Made by a program: the position numbers and the translations under genes. A DNA stretch of 64,000 nucleotides, taken from the NCBI GenBank assembly GCA_965219415.1, contig CBDCNP010000002.1, positions 5,440,001 to 5,504,000 of the forward strand, written 5' to 3'. Below, piece by piece: positions 1-11,787 of the stretch (position 1 is its first letter; each line of letters opens with the position of its first letter). This DNA comes from Candidatus Marinacidobacterales bacterium. Lineage in GTDB: Bacteria; Acidobacteriota; Vicinamibacteria; Marinacidobacterales; DATDRI01. A model generated the notes under the pieces. The model did no database searches and was not told the origin of the DNA. It saw only the letters and a program-made list of their open reading frames with translations.

Positions 1-111
1 AAGTTGAGGTTTCAAGCTCGAAGAGGGCCGCTAGATGATGGGGCTTGAGCGCACGGCGTTGCCAATATCTTGGGGTCGGATCGGCCCTGAATGCCTCAAC
101 TTGACAGTACC
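1..111. mobile_element. ~120-bp MITE with IS6-like ends (left end cut by window edge)
   Basis: Ends with cctcaacttgacagtacc. The window starts with aagttgagg, the inner part of the matching inverted repeat. The interior is homologous to 34686-34780 (reverse). Confidence 0.6.
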
Positions 112-119
112 GTCGCGAG

Positions 120-1412
120 GTGATGACGAAACAACGTTGTGAGGTCCGACCGTGCCGTGTTAAAATCGCGCCGATGTATTCCTCACTGGCGTGCTATGAA
201 GGAAAGCTCATCTACGTCGCCAACCTGCGGGTGCCGAGCGAGAAGGCGCACGTCCTGCAGAGCTTCAAGATGTGTGAAGCTTTTCGCCGGCTCGGTCTTG
301 ACGTCGAGCTCACATATCCCCGTCGGCGAAACACCGCTGCGATGGAAGGTGTGGACGCGCTGAGCTACTACGACGTGGAGTGTCCCTTCCGGCTCGTCGA
401 AACGAATTGCCCCGACTTACTGAGACTCAGCGCCAACCCACACATACAAATGATGCTGTTCGTGGCTCACTCGACGCTGTTCACCATCCAGTCCGTGCGT
501 CGCCGATGGGACGGGAACCCTTTGCTCTACACTCGGGACATGTTCGTGGCTCTCGGTCTTTCGCTCGCAGGACGCGCCTTTGTTATGGAGCTTCACTCGC
601 TTCCCGATCGCGGGCCGACGAGGCGCTGGCTTAAAATCGTTGCTCGCGCCGCGACGGCGATCGTCGTCATCAATCGCCATCTCGTTGAAGATTGCGTGGC
701 TCTAGGCGCTCCGCGAGAGCTCTTCTTCGTCGCTCCCACGGCCGTGGATGCCCGTCTTTTGACACCGCGCATGGACCGACAGAAAGCGCGAAGAGCGCTC
801 GCGCTCGATACTGACGGACCGGTGGCGGGTTATACCGGGCATCTTTATTCCTGGAAGGGGATCGACACCGTGATGGCTTGCGCCGAGAAAATGCCCGATG
901 TCACGTTCCTCGTCGTGGGTGGGACGACGGAGGACGTCTCTCGCCTTCGTCAAAGAGTGGAGGTGCAAGAGTTATCGAACGTGCGTATCGAGGACCATGT
1001 GCCTCCGGTTCGGGTGCCCACCTATCTCGCCGCGTCGGACGTTCTTCTTCTGCCCAATTCTGCCAATGCACGGATCTCAGCGAGGTACACGTCGCCCCTC
1101 AAAGCCTTCGAGTACATGGCGTCGGAGCGTCCGGTGGTTGTGTCCGATCTTCCGTCGCTGGGCGAGCTGTTCGAGGACGAGAGAAACGCGCTTTTGGTGC
1201 GGCCCGATTGCCCTGATGATTTGGCGCGCGGTATACGTCAGATTTTGGAGGACCCTGCCCTGGCCCAACGGCTCAGCGCTGCTGGTCGTGAGAGTGTGCG
1301 TTCCCGGACCTGGGACCAACGCGCTGCGGCCATTCTCGAATTCGTTTATCTCCGCGGTGCACCGGTCCAGCGTTCCCATTGGGCGCCCGTCGAGTGCGGC
1401 GCTACCCGGTGA
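120..1412 (+). CDS. Glycosyltransferase family 4 (GT-B); real start probably ATG at 175
   Basis: Motifs AGYTGHLYSWKGID, YLAASDVLLLP and SPLKAFEYMASERPVVVSD. Confidence 0.9.
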   Translation: MMTKQRCEVRPCRVKIAPMYSSLACYEGKLIYVANLRVPSEKAHVLQSFKMCEAFRRLGLDVELTYPRRRNTAAMEGVDALSYYDVECPFRLVETNCPDLLRLSANPHIQMMLFVAHSTLFTIQSVRRRWDGNPLLYTRDMFVALGLSLAGRAFVMELHSLPDRGPTRRWLKIVARAATAIVVINRHLVEDCVALGAPRELFFVAPTAVDARLLTPRMDRQKARRALALDTDGPVAGYTGHLYSWKGIDTVMACAEKMPDVTFLVVGGTTEDVSRLRQRVEVQELSNVRIEDHVPPVRVPTYLAASDVLLLPNSANARISARYTSPLKAFEYMASERPVVVSDLPSLGELFEDERNALLVRPDCPDDLARGIRQILEDPALAQRLSAAGRESVRSRTWDQRAAAILEFVYLRGAPVQRSHWAPVECGATR

Positions 1413-1829
1413 CGGTAAGCCGCCCGCCTCGGCGTTTTGAATATCGGCTTCAGCCGCTACCGGCTTCCGCTCGATCCGCACCAGAAGAAAAAGTTCGAAA
1501 GCCCTCCGAGATAGCGGAGCTTCACGTGGTGGGGAGCTCGCTCGTGATTTGCAGCCTCGATATGAGCACGATCTCGGCGACATCAGCACCGAACACGAAT
1601 CGCCTGAAATCTTAGGCGATATCTGCACCTATGATTTCGAGCGTGAAGGAATGTATCAATACGTCGTCATGAGCAAGGACCCGATCAAGGCCAACATGTA
1701 CAAGCGGGCCGACGCCATGGCTATGCAAGACGAGGTCGCGTCTTTGGTCGCGAGCAGCATCAAGGATGGCTGCCACCAACTTTGAACGCCGACTCCGAAT
1801 ACTCCACTTCTGCCACTGGCTGATAGACC

Positions 1830-3222
1830 GTGCCGTCCAGAATGGTGTTCTCGCGCGATGTCCTCAAACTCGTGGTCAACTCGCTGCTCCTCGACGCTTT
1901 CAATCAGGGGTTGTTAATCGTCATTGCATTCGGGACGATTCTTTATCTCGGCGTCGACTACTTCGGCGTTGTTCAATATTTTACCGCGGTTCGGCGCCTT
2001 CCCCGGTGCTTTTTACAACCATTTCACGTTAACGATACGACGGTTCGCACCCGTGGACGACACCCGTTTGCAGGCAGAGATTTTCCTTTCCAGTTTGCTG
2101 TTCCAGGTGGCGATCGCGTTCGGCGTTGTGTTGCTTGCCTTTTTGGGGTTTTCGATTTTCCCCGCGACGAGATTTTGGAGAATCGAGCATTCTCTGAAGG
2201 ACCCGCAGGTCACTTGGAACGTCGCGATTGTGCTGCTCTCTTTGTTGACGTCGGTGCTCGCCAATTCGCTGCGCGCCTTGGTCAACGCGCAACAGAAGAT
2301 CGTGACCGCCAAGCTGATGGCTACGTTCGAGATCGTGTTGAATCTCACCTGGTTATTGGCTGCCTTTTTGCTGCTTTCCGATCGTGCCTGGGGATGCGTT
2401 TTCGTGCTCGGCTCTCGCGTGGTCTCCCAAGTCTTCGCGGCTGTTCTGTCTCTAATCTATTTGTCTCATGTCTCCGATGTCTGGTCGCAGCTCGCTCGAA
2501 TCGGGCCGTATGAATGGATTCCAGTCTGCCGGCGGGTTAACCAGGATTTCAATCGGCGCTATACGCTGCCTCTCCAACTGGCTTCGGTCGGCGCGTTCTT
2601 CAAAGAACATCTCGCGGTGATCGTTTTGGGGCAGGCGGCTTCGGTCACGCAGGTTGCCTATTACCAGGTCGTGAACCGTATCTTCGTTATCCCCAAGAAG
2701 TTCATTCTGAGCACGATGCACGCACTCCTACCCAAGATCGTCGCTGCCATGGAGGCGGACCCCGCGCATTTCAGAAAACAGTTTCGCTTTTTCGCCTGGG
2801 TTCAGCTGGCGTTTTGCGTCACTGCGGCGTCCGCTATCCTCGTCTTGCAGCGCCCCATCTTCGGGTTGCTTGGGATCGAGGCGACTGCCGAGGTCGCGAT
2901 GGTGGTGCTTTTTTTCTCCATCAGTCTTTTGTTCAGCGCGTTGTCGCAGTCAAATAGCCTTGGGTTCCATTTCGGGAGCGATACCCGAGCCGTCATGGTC
3001 GTTTCTATCTTGCGGGCGAGCATTCTCACGGTGCTCACGATGCTGCTCGTCCCGCACGCGCAGGCGGTCGGAGGTGCTATCGCGTTGATGGTCGCCACCG
3101 CCTGCAGCTCCGTCATGCTCGTGATCGCGAACCGCCACGGGGTACTCTGGCAGTTGCGCGACAACCTTCATTACTTATTGGCGATGTTACTGGTGGCGAC
3201 TCTGTGGTACGCGGAGATCTGA
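1830..3222 (+). pseudogene. Wzx/MOP-family polysaccharide flippase, frameshifted near 1980
   Basis: The N-terminal hydrophobic segment lies in ORF 1830 (...LYLGVDYFGVVQYF) and the multi-TM remainder in ORF 1924 (...VAYYQVVNRIF...). The frame switch is at a T run, so it may be a sequencing error. Confidence 0.7.
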
Positions 3223-3429
3223 CGAATGGGCTCTCGCAATCACGTCCCAGTCGCTCTCCTCGTGGATCCTTTGGTTGGACTTGAGCGCGATGATGCTGAC
3301 GAAGAGAGTCGCGTGAGGTGGAGGGCGGCGAGGAGGTGAAGAGGCCAAGTCAGCAGGGCGTTGCACGAATCCGTCTTGATTCGGTCAAAGGTTTCGACTC
3401 GGCTTCTCGATACATCGAAGACGTGAAGA

Positions 3430-3530
3430 GGTACTGTCAAGTTTTCCACGGCCTGACGGCCACCCCGAATGAATGAAACGCGGTAGTCTCTGTAGGTGGC
3501 ACCGGTTCAGAGGTCGGCTTAACGTTGGTG
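3430..3530. repeat. ~100-bp repeat starting with the IS6-like end ggtactgtcaagtt; second copy at 33065-33167
   Basis: Near-identical sequence at both positions. Confidence 0.7.
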
Positions 3531-3694
3531 CGACTGAGCCCGTTGTCAAGTTTGGCTGGGAGTCCTGCGCGTACCCCAAATTGCGTTTTCTATCCAGCTG
3601 GGATTGTTGAGCGCGTCTATTAGATTACAAGTTCGTGGGCTCCACGCCGGTGCGACGTGAAGGAGGCTGCGATGAGAGTGGTTCATAAGCGATG

Positions 3695-4895
3695 GGTGCT
3701 TCCGCAATTAAGTGTTGGCGGCCAGCCCCTAACCGGTCTGCGTGCTAGAGTTTGAACCAGAATTCCGAAGACACAGTTCTCTCATCGTCAGGGCCGAGCC
3801 AAAGTGAAGAATCGCAGATGTCTCAATCTCGCATGTCCGTTGCGGGGCAAAGTCAGTTCCGGAAACATCGTTCGCCACGGATTCTACCGAACCAGGTCCG
3901 GGAAACGCCGTCGATACCGGTGCGGCGAGTGCGGAAAGACGTTCTCCTCGACGAAAGGCACGCCCTACTACCGTCTCCAACATCGAAGAGCTACTTTCGA
4001 TGGGGTCATCGCTCTCAGAGTCGAGGGTGTCAGCATTTCCGCGATTTCCCGGATCAAAGGGATTGCCTGGAACACCGTCGCCCGCTGGCTCGAGAAGGCA
4101 GCCCAAGTGTGTCGTCGATTCAATCACAGAAGGATCGCTGGCTTCGCTGCCGAAGAGCTTCAAGCCGACGAGATTCGCACGTTCGCGGGCAACAAGAAGA
4201 CACCGAGTTGGGTCTTCGTTACAATCGAAGTCTGGTCTCGGCTCTGGCCATCGACGGTGACGGGAAGGCGAAGCTACCGGAACACTCACGCTCTGTTTCG
4301 CGACCTTTCGAGGCGGATGAATTTCGAGCGTCTTCCCTTGATCGTCACGGATGGATTCGAATTCTACCAGAAAGTCATCCGTCGCTTCTTCGGTCCAGCG
4401 TGTCTCTACGGCCAGGTCCTCAAGACGCGCAGGAACGATCGTATCATCAAGGTCGAACGGAGAGTGCTGCACGGAGCCGCGTGGCGATTCGAAGACGCGC
4501 TCAATAACTCCGAGGACTCTTCGACATTGAACACGTCGTTCATCGAGCGGTTGAATCTGACCATCCGGCAAAGCTCGGCATACCTTTCGAGACGAACGCT
4601 TTCCCACGCTCGCTCGACGGAGAGGCTCGATGAGCACCTGGAGTTGCTCCGTTGCTATTACAACTTCGTCCGACCGCACCGGAGCTCTGAAGTTCGGACG
4701 TGAGATCCGAACTCCGGCTATGCAAGCCGGTCTCACCACGCGACGGCTCACCTTTCGAGACATCTTCTTGGCGACGACGATTCCTTTGTGGTCGCGGATC
4801 GAGGTTTTCCTGCTCACTGGGGCGCGCAACCCGGTCTCTTCCGCACCTGTACCACTGCCCGCAGCCGCGTAGCAACACTTGATGGCGGAAGCACC
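3695..4895 (+). mobile_element. IS1-family element, copy 1 (1201 bp)
   Basis: TIRs ggtgcttccgcaattaagtgttg / caacacttgatggcggaagcacc flank the transposase. Confidence 0.85.
3804..4872 (+). pseudogene. IS1-family transposase (InsA-like Zn finger + HTH + DDE), frameshift near 4680
   Basis: Motifs CLNLAC...RYRCGECGKTF, LQADE, VTDG, NTSFIERLNLTIR and YYNFVRPH; the C-terminus (RTPAMQAGLT) is in another frame. Confidence 0.85.
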
Positions 4896-4949
4896 AACCA
4901 TCCCACAATGTCAGTGAGGTTTCTTGCCACCTGCTTCATCCACTCCCAG

Positions 4950-5160
4950 TCACCGGAGATTTCCACGTTCTCCGCTCCTGAGGTCCAGAAGCTCCACCCT
5001 TCGAAACTCGATGGGGTGACTTTTGGCCTGTAGCGCGATGTACCCCTCCTTCAGAGGAGTGTCGTCCGGCACGGTGAAATCCCCCGACATGCGCTGGCCG
5101 CCGGTCGTCGGCAAGGCGTGCTCGATCACGGTCTCCCCGTCGATGACGTGCCGGATTAGC
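4950..5160 (-). pseudogene. C-terminal fragment of a DUF1080 (3-keto-disaccharide hydrolase-like) gene
   Basis: Manual minus-strand translation gives ...DTPLKEGYIALQAKSHPIEFRRVELLDL. Confidence 0.6.
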
Positions 5161-5362
5161 CGGTCGCCTCGTAAACGCTATGCGGTGCTCGTCAAGACGG
5201 CACCCTTTCTTGGCGTCACCGGCAAGCTCGATGCCCGCGACAACGTCGTGCACCTCCCGACGAGCTGCGGCACGCTGCCGGTCACGTTTCGGAACACGGA
5301 TCCCAACCCGGAGGGTCTCGTAGCCGGCCGAAACTATCCGGCTCCAGTAAGGCTCGAGCGCA

Positions 5363-7543
5363 CTACTGAACGTAGCCCAACGTGCGCAGCTGCTCCATCG
5401 TTTTAGCGTCGAGCTCAGGGATGGTCGCTTCCGCTGCCACTTTGGGACGAGACAAATACTTCTGGAGAAGACCCTTCAGTCGCTCGAACTCGGGCAATCG
5501 ATCCTGCGAAAGCTCCCGCCTCCACGCGCGGCCGCGGCGGTAAGCTTGCGAACCATCATCTCTGTCCGAGCCCAGGTCGAGCAAGGAATAGGTTCCATCC
5601 GCTCGGGCGTAGAGCTTCTGGTCGCCGCTCCACGCGGCGGTTGTGCGTTCGAGTTGATACGCATCGCTCGAGTGGCTGAAAGCCACGCCGAGGCCGCCGC
5701 GGGCGCCGGTCAGCAAACCGAGCAGAGAGCGGCCGTCCATCGGTGGCGCCTCGATGTGGTTCAGATCGAGAAGAGTTGGCAGGACGTCGACGAGCTGGAC
5801 ATTCGTAGTGATGCGGGTTCCCTCGGGAAAGTGGGCCGTTCCGAAAAAGATTAGAGGCACCCGTGTTTCCGATTGCTCGAGGGTCGCACCGTGAGGGACC
5901 GAGAGACCCTCCCGGAAGTTCTCGCCGTGATCGGACGTGAAGACGACGATGGCGCGATCCACGGCACCGCTGGCTCGTAGCCCGTTCATCAGAGCGCCGA
6001 AGGCCTCGTCCACGTACCGGATCTCTCCGTCATACGCGGTGATGTCTTCGTCCGTCTGGCCATCGTCGAATAACTCGGCCCAGCCGTCGGGGTCTTCATA
6101 AGGGAGGTGCGGGTCGATGAGGTGGCCGTAGAGTAGCAAGGGCTCGTCACGGTGTCGCTCGATGGCCGACTTCAAACCGGCCTGCACGGCTGGCGCATCG
6201 GTCTGGGAAGAGCGAGTCATACTCTGATCCACTACGCGATCGAAACCGCTATGAAGGTTCGAGCTCCAACCGGCGTGCGCATTCGCGATGACACTCACCG
6301 TGACGAAGCCGGCGTTGCGGAAGAGCCGTCCCAGGCTCGGGATGCTCGTCGACAAAGCCTGGCCGTGCTCCCCGGCACGGTGGGCATCGGGCGCCAGACC
6401 GGTAAACAAAGAAGTGACCGACGGCTTGGTCCACGTAGCCTGAGAATAGCAGTTCTCGAACAAGGTGGCGCTTCGGGCGAATGCCTCGAGGTTGGGGCTG
6501 GTTGGTCTGGAATACCCATACACCGAAAGATGATCGGCCCTCAGTGTGTCCACGACGTAGACGATGACGAGGGGAGCCTCGGGTGAGTGTTCGGCCACCA
6601 GCGGTGAGCCCAGGTAGTAGATCCCATCGTCTCCGCCGACTTTCATGGTGAAGCGGAGATCGACGGAGCGGTTTTCGAATCGAGCCAGCTCGACGGTGTG
6701 GTCCGCCCATGCTTCGGTGTCGACGGGTCCTCGAAACAAGGATTCCCATACTCCGCTCGTCCGGATGTCCACATCGAGCCTCGCCGGAATGCTTGCCTCG
6801 CGGTGCGCCGTCGAGAAATGAAGTCGGCTTCGCGGCGCGAGGTCAAGGCTGAACACGAGCTCCGTGTTCCCTGCGCCGAAGACGAAGCTCGGCTGAAGTG
6901 TGTCTCCGACCACTGCATCTTCTCGGACGGGCCCCACCTGACTGTAATCGGGCTCGTACAGGAGCTCGATCTCGTGAAGCTCGAAGCGCCCGGACACGTC
7001 CATGGGCGCGAACACCAAGTGGGCAGTCGTTCGTTCGCCGCCAGATAGGTGCAAGGTTCTGACATCGATGAGATAAACATGCGTCTTTCCGTCCGTGAAA
7101 AGGCCAACCTTGCGTTGAGGCCCCGTAGAATAGATGGAAAGAAGTTCCTCCGCCCTCTCGGCCGAGCTCACGACATGGAGCAGCAGATTCGCCGGTTCTT
7201 CTTTCGCGGGTGAGGCAGCGAGCTTCACTCTGATGTAGGCCACCGAGCTCAAGTCGTAGCTTCTTTGGTTCCATAGCTTGGAGCCGCCGTGGAGGGTTCC
7301 GGCGAGGGGAATGCTACTGGTGAGGGCGACCCGCGAAGACGTTCGGATCTCGCCGCTTGCCAGGTAAGACTCGCTCCGTGTGACGACGTCCCGCGCTGGC
7401 AATTTCAAATCGGCGAGCTCGGTGAGGTGCGTTACGCTCGGCTTAGAGAGCTCGGGGGAACGGCAGGCTGATGGCAACGCGATCAAAAGAATGCCTAGCC
7501 AACGGATCACGCGCCGGATTATACCGCAGCCCAGAAACGCCAC
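5363..7543 (-). CDS. Sulfatase-like (alkaline phosphatase superfamily) lipoprotein with a long N-terminal extension
   Basis: Motifs YVVDTLRADHL, ATWTKPSVTSLFTG, DPHLPY, YDGEI, TSDHGE and C-terminal LRTLGYVQ; lipobox-like LPSAC. Confidence 0.88.
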   Translation of the reverse strand: MAFLGCGIIRRVIRWLGILLIALPSACRSPELSKPSVTHLTELADLKLPARDVVTRSESYLASGEIRTSSRVALTSSIPLAGTLHGGSKLWNQRSYDLSSVAYIRVKLAASPAKEEPANLLLHVVSSAERAEELLSIYSTGPQRKVGLFTDGKTHVYLIDVRTLHLSGGERTTAHLVFAPMDVSGRFELHEIELLYEPDYSQVGPVREDAVVGDTLQPSFVFGAGNTELVFSLDLAPRSRLHFSTAHREASIPARLDVDIRTSGVWESLFRGPVDTEAWADHTVELARFENRSVDLRFTMKVGGDDGIYYLGSPLVAEHSPEAPLVIVYVVDTLRADHLSVYGYSRPTSPNLEAFARSATLFENCYSQATWTKPSVTSLFTGLAPDAHRAGEHGQALSTSIPSLGRLFRNAGFVTVSVIANAHAGWSSNLHSGFDRVVDQSMTRSSQTDAPAVQAGLKSAIERHRDEPLLLYGHLIDPHLPYEDPDGWAELFDDGQTDEDITAYDGEIRYVDEAFGALMNGLRASGAVDRAIVVFTSDHGENFREGLSVPHGATLEQSETRVPLIFFGTAHFPEGTRITTNVQLVDVLPTLLDLNHIEAPPMDGRSLLGLLTGARGGLGVAFSHSSDAYQLERTTAAWSGDQKLYARADGTYSLLDLGSDRDDGSQAYRRGRAWRRELSQDRLPEFERLKGLLQKYLSRPKVAAEATIPELDAKTMEQLRTLGYVQ

Positions 7544-7640
7544 GCCGTGGGTGCCGGAGACACCCGCGCTGGCATCCAGGTGGGGTCAACCGAGACGGAC
7601 CGCTGATGTCAGCGTCGCGGGTGGTGGAAGGAGGGCTCTG

Positions 7641-8040
7641 CTAAAAATCAAGGAGGTAAGTGAACTTCGCGATCAGGGCGTGGTCCAATCGTGCACCGGT
7701 GATGGCATCTCGGCGCTCGTTGTAGACGAGGAAGAAATTGGACAACGGCCGGTGAATCCAGTTGAAACGAAGGTTGCTGCTCCATTCTTCGAGGACGGTG
7801 TTGTATTGAATGAGGCCATTGAGAAACATGCGGTTGCTGAAGGAGTAGTTGAACTGGCTGGTCACCAAGTGGGTGATGAAGCTTCCCTCCGCCAAATCCA
7901 CGTCATTCGTTGACCAGATGACCTGGGCGTTGAGGCTGGCGCCCAACCTGACTGTCCCTCCGACCGTCCAATCCCGCTTCGTTCCCGAGAAGAAGTCACC
8001 GTAGCCGGCCCGGAAGTTGCCCGAGGAATCAACGACGGAT
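7641..8040 (-). pseudogene. C-terminal beta-barrel fragment of a DUF5916-type outer-membrane protein
   Basis: ...NYSFSNRMFLNGLIQYN...NLRFNWIHRPLSNFFLVYNE...KFTYLLDF; the 5' part is replaced by IS debris. Confidence 0.7.
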
Positions 8041-8134
8041 CGAGTTTTTGCGGAGCACAGGTGTCGGGCTTCACGACGACTAGGGCATTCTTCCAATCGA
8101 ACAGCCGAGCCAGCGCCGCCATCGTGAACCGCGT

Positions 8135-8601
8135 TGCATCGCTTGTCGGACAGATCGACAGTCCCATCTCATCGGCCAGAGCTGACACCGCATACGACGC
8201 CGGCGGCGTCTATGAGGCAATCGAGAATCACAGCGCTCATCGCTCGCCGAGGGTGCTGATACCGCCGCGCAAGGGCGCCCTGCTCGCATCGGGGCCGGCG
8301 AGCAGCCGACAGCGCAATCGCAACATTGCAGCACAAGCTCGGCTCGGCAAACGAAAGTGGCACACAGAATCGGGCTACAGCAAACGGAGCAAAGTCGAGA
8401 CAACGTTCCATCGCTACAAGGCTATCGTGGGCTCAGCGATGCGAGCGAGAGGGTTGGCGGCACAGAGAGGTGAGGCAAGGATCGGGTGCAAGATTCTCAA
8501 CACCATGACGGCGCTCGGGATGCCTGATAGCGAGATGATCGGATGATGGGAGTCGGGGCCAAGCGAGCTCTCGGCCTCTATCGGAGTTGTGCACCAAGGC
8601 A
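8135..8601 (+). mobile_element. IS5-family (IS903-like) element, 3' fragment
   Basis: Matches the 3' part of the copies at 15048-16134 and 54279-55365; ends in TIR gagttgtgcaccaaggca. Confidence 0.9.
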
Positions 8602-9542
8602 ACTGTTCGCTGGAAGGCGGAGGGGCTTCACACCTGAATCTCTCAAGAGCCCACGTACCGCCTCGGTGAATAGCGGGTCCCGGTCGTGGATGAGGTGCCG
8701 CTTGCCAAGGAGGAAACCATCCCACAGGTCAGTGAGGTTTCTTGCCGCCTGCTTCATCCACTCCCCGTTTGGGTCCGAGGTCATCCCACCGATGCACACG
8801 CAGCGAGTGGCGATATCGATGACAAACAGGAGATGGTAGCGGACGAGCCCGAACGGGTTCACCACCTCGACGGTGAACAGGTCTGTCGCAGCGATAGCGC
8901 CCCAATGAGCCTTGAGGAAAGTGCTCCACGACATGCTCTTGCCCCGCTCCGGAGCCGGCGCGATACCGTGCTCGGCGAGGAGCCTCTTGATGGTGTTGCG
9001 TCCGAGTTCATGTCCGAGGTTCTTGAGTGCACCCCGCAGGCGCGTATATCCCCACGTTGGGTTCTCCTGCGCCACGCGCACAATGAGCTCACGGATGTCC
9101 TTCGCCGTGGGAGGTCGGCCTGGGCTCCGGTTCTTGCTGCCATCGTACTTGGCTGCGATGAGGCAGCGGTACCAGCGCAGGAGCGTAGCGGGTGTGGCAA
9201 CCGACGCAATCTGGGCCAGCGCCTCGCGGCCTAAAGCTTGGGCCTTGACCGCGAGCCTGCGCCGGTCGTCGTCCGAGAGCCTGAGACGCTTGCCCCGAAG
9301 CCCGGCTCGGAGCACAGGGTTCTCCTCTTGCAGGTAGTCGATCACATCCTGCTGCTGGCGGTTGACCCAGCCAGCCACAACGAGCAGTAGGAATTGCACG
9401 TGGTAGGTCATCATGGGTCTGAAGATAACACCCTCGGGCCAGACGATTGTAAAGCCCACGGCCCTTGGCACGGTCGCAAACACAGACACTAAGCTGCTGA
9501 TTTATGGCCTATTTCAAAAGGGCCGAGTTTTGGCACAGGACG
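8602..9542 (-). mobile_element. rve-integrase-domain (IS481/IS3-like) element, truncated by IS5
   Basis: ORF MMTYHVQFLLL...WGYTRLRGAL...ATDLFTVEV...IHDRD; homologous to 22707-24134. Confidence 0.8.
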
Positions 9543-9714
9543 GGGTCGGCTCTATGATGCCGAGCTGGCAAAACGTCCGATAGCTTCGAGAGTCTGCCAA
9601 GTGAAACGCCAGCTCCCGATAGCTGAACTGATTCAGCTGCTTGACCAACAACGCCCGGAGAACCTGCTCCGTGCTCATTCCCCCACGACCAACATCGCTC
9701 CCTGCCGATGGGGA

Positions 9715-11150
9715 GAAAGTATGCCAATCTTAGTTGGGAATTGAAACGGCTCCAAACCCCGTGGTTTGATGGGCGTTGGACAAAACAAAATCAAGCCGCG
9801 AAGAAAGGAGCCGAGATGGGAAGTCTGCTACGTTCGGTCAAGAAACGCAAGAAGTCGCGTCGTTTGGGTGAGGTCGAGATGGTGAGGCACGAGGATTACG
9901 GGGAACTCGCGCTGGACGCCAAGGTAGAGATGATCCGTTGGTTGGTCCCCCTTGGTCTAATGCACGTTCACGAGTTGCTCGACGACGAAGTGAAGGCGTT
10001 GGCGGGAGAGCGATACTCTCGCAAGGACGAGCTGGAGCGCGGTCGCCGTCCCGGAAGCAACCCGGGCACGGTAGGGCTTGGCGGCCAGCGGGTACCGATC
10101 CGTGTGCCACGGGTTCGGAGCATCGAGGGAGGAGAGATTCCGCTTCGCTGCTACGAGGCGGTGAGCCACGGCGGTGAGGTGAATGATCTTCTGCTGAAAC
10201 GAGTTCTCTACGGAATCTCTTGTCGCAACTACGAGGCGGCAGCGGAAGCGATTCCGGGCGCCATCGGGCTGTCGAGCTCAACGGTGTCCCGAGGGTTCGT
10301 GCAAGCGAGCGCTGCGAAGCTGCGGGAGATGCAGGAACGGGATCTGACCGGCGAGGATGTGGTGGCGCTGTTTCTGGATGGGAAGACATTCGCCGAGGCA
10401 ACGATGGTCGTGGCTCTGGGCATCACGCTTTGCGGGGAAAAACGCTTCTTGGGCTTCGTGGAGACGAACACGGAGAACGCGCAGGTGTTGACGCCGTTCC
10501 TGCGTTCACTGCTCGAGCGGGGACTCGATATCTCCCAGGGTCTGCTGGTGATCATCGACGGCGGCAAGGGTCTCCAAGCGGCAGTCAAGAAGGCATTCCG
10601 TAAGCGGGCCCTGATACAACGCTGCCAGTGGCACAAACGTGAAAACGTAGTGAGCTACCTGTCCAAGGGCGAGCAGGCGTCATGGCGCAAGCGGCTCCAG
10701 TGGGCCTACAACAGGCCGGAGTACGAAGAGGCCCTCACTGCGCTCGAGCAACTCCACGGTGAGTTAGAAGAGCGGAACCAATCCGCAGCTGGCAGCCTGG
10801 AGGAAGGCCTCGAGGAGACGCTGACGTTGCATCGACTCGGCGTGCACGCGGTGCTGGGCCGTTCGTTCAAGACGACGAACTGCCTTGAGTCCGTCAATGC
10901 TCTCGTCGAGGAACGCTGCGCGAAGGTCGACCACTGGAAGAACTCGAGCCAACGCCAGCGCTGGTTGGCAACGGCGCTCGTAGACATCGAACCGCGCTTG
11001 AGGAAGGTGGTGGGCTACCGCCATCTTCCCAAGCTTCGCGAAGCTCTCAAGCGGGAACTGAAGATCGAGGCGAAGACATCAACCGTATCGAAGAAGAAGG
11101 TCGCTTAAACGTGAGCCGTGGAGAGTTTCAACTAAGAATGGGCTTGACTC
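9715..11150 (+). mobile_element. IS256-family element A, complete
   Basis: Imperfect TIRs gaaagtatgccaatcttagttg / caactaagaatgggcttgactc; flanks gatgggga / gatggggt (7 of 8 bp duplication). Confidence 0.9.
9816..11108 (+). CDS. IS256-family (Mutator-like) transposase
   Basis: Motifs LFLDG, IIDGGKGL, QRCQWHK and TTNCLESVN; RBS aaggag upstream of the ATG. Confidence 0.92.
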   Translation: MGSLLRSVKKRKKSRRLGEVEMVRHEDYGELALDAKVEMIRWLVPLGLMHVHELLDDEVKALAGERYSRKDELERGRRPGSNPGTVGLGGQRVPIRVPRVRSIEGGEIPLRCYEAVSHGGEVNDLLLKRVLYGISCRNYEAAAEAIPGAIGLSSSTVSRGFVQASAAKLREMQERDLTGEDVVALFLDGKTFAEATMVVALGITLCGEKRFLGFVETNTENAQVLTPFLRSLLERGLDISQGLLVIIDGGKGLQAAVKKAFRKRALIQRCQWHKRENVVSYLSKGEQASWRKRLQWAYNRPEYEEALTALEQLHGELEERNQSAAGSLEEGLEETLTLHRLGVHAVLGRSFKTTNCLESVNALVEERCAKVDHWKNSSQRQRWLATALVDIEPRLRKVVGYRHLPKLREALKRELKIEAKTSTVSKKKVA

Positions 11151-11787
11151 GATGGGGTGACCGACTTCAGGTCTTGCAGTACCAGCTCATTGAGTTTAGG
11201 ATGGGCATCGAGCAGCGACGAGATCGTTTCGAGTTCGCGTGCGTGCTCCAGCGCCAGCCAGGGCTCACGTAGGTTTGGCTGTGGGTTGATCGTTTTTCGC
11301 ATTTAGGGCTGCTCTCCTTTGGAGTTAAGTCATTTAGAATCGGATGTTTTCAACGACACGATCCTAATCGACACCCCCTCAGAAGACTAGCCCTAAATTT
11401 GCGATTTCTCCTTTTTTCTCAATCCCTTACAGGCTTCAGGACGGGTACTAGCTAGGGTCTAGACTTCCGCTTTGGGTTGTGACGATTGGAATGGGAGTGT
11501 TGTCAATGAAGCGAATCGCTAAGTTCCAATTGGTGCTACGAGTTATAGCTTGAATCCGCCATCGCGGTCGGATACGTGGGCCTAGTTTTGGCACAGGACG
11601 GGATCGTTTCGCTAGCGATCCTGGTTGTCGCCGGGGTGCTGTGGAACGTCCAGATTCGTGGGCTTGTAGAAAAGCTAGGATTGCCCTATCCTAGCAGTGG
11701 GTGCGCATCGATCGCTTGCGACGGTGACGAGTACAACACCCACTGTTGTTCGACAATACGGACTTGATCTAAAGGACAGGTACCGCC

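Larger units (their letters stand above)
9543..11452 (-). mobile_element. ISNCY-like element, 5' part, interrupted by IS256
   Basis: 9543-9714 and 11151-11452 join to match the reverse complement of 47410-47880 (MRKTINPQPNLR...). Confidence 0.75.

Noticed and set aside
1440-1785. Short ORF between the GT4 gene and the flippase
   Set aside because: Possibly the tail of a decayed gene, but no identifiable motif.
3729-4901. 390-aa minus-strand ORF across the IS1 element
   Set aside because: Antisense to the transposase and not kept at full length in copy 2.
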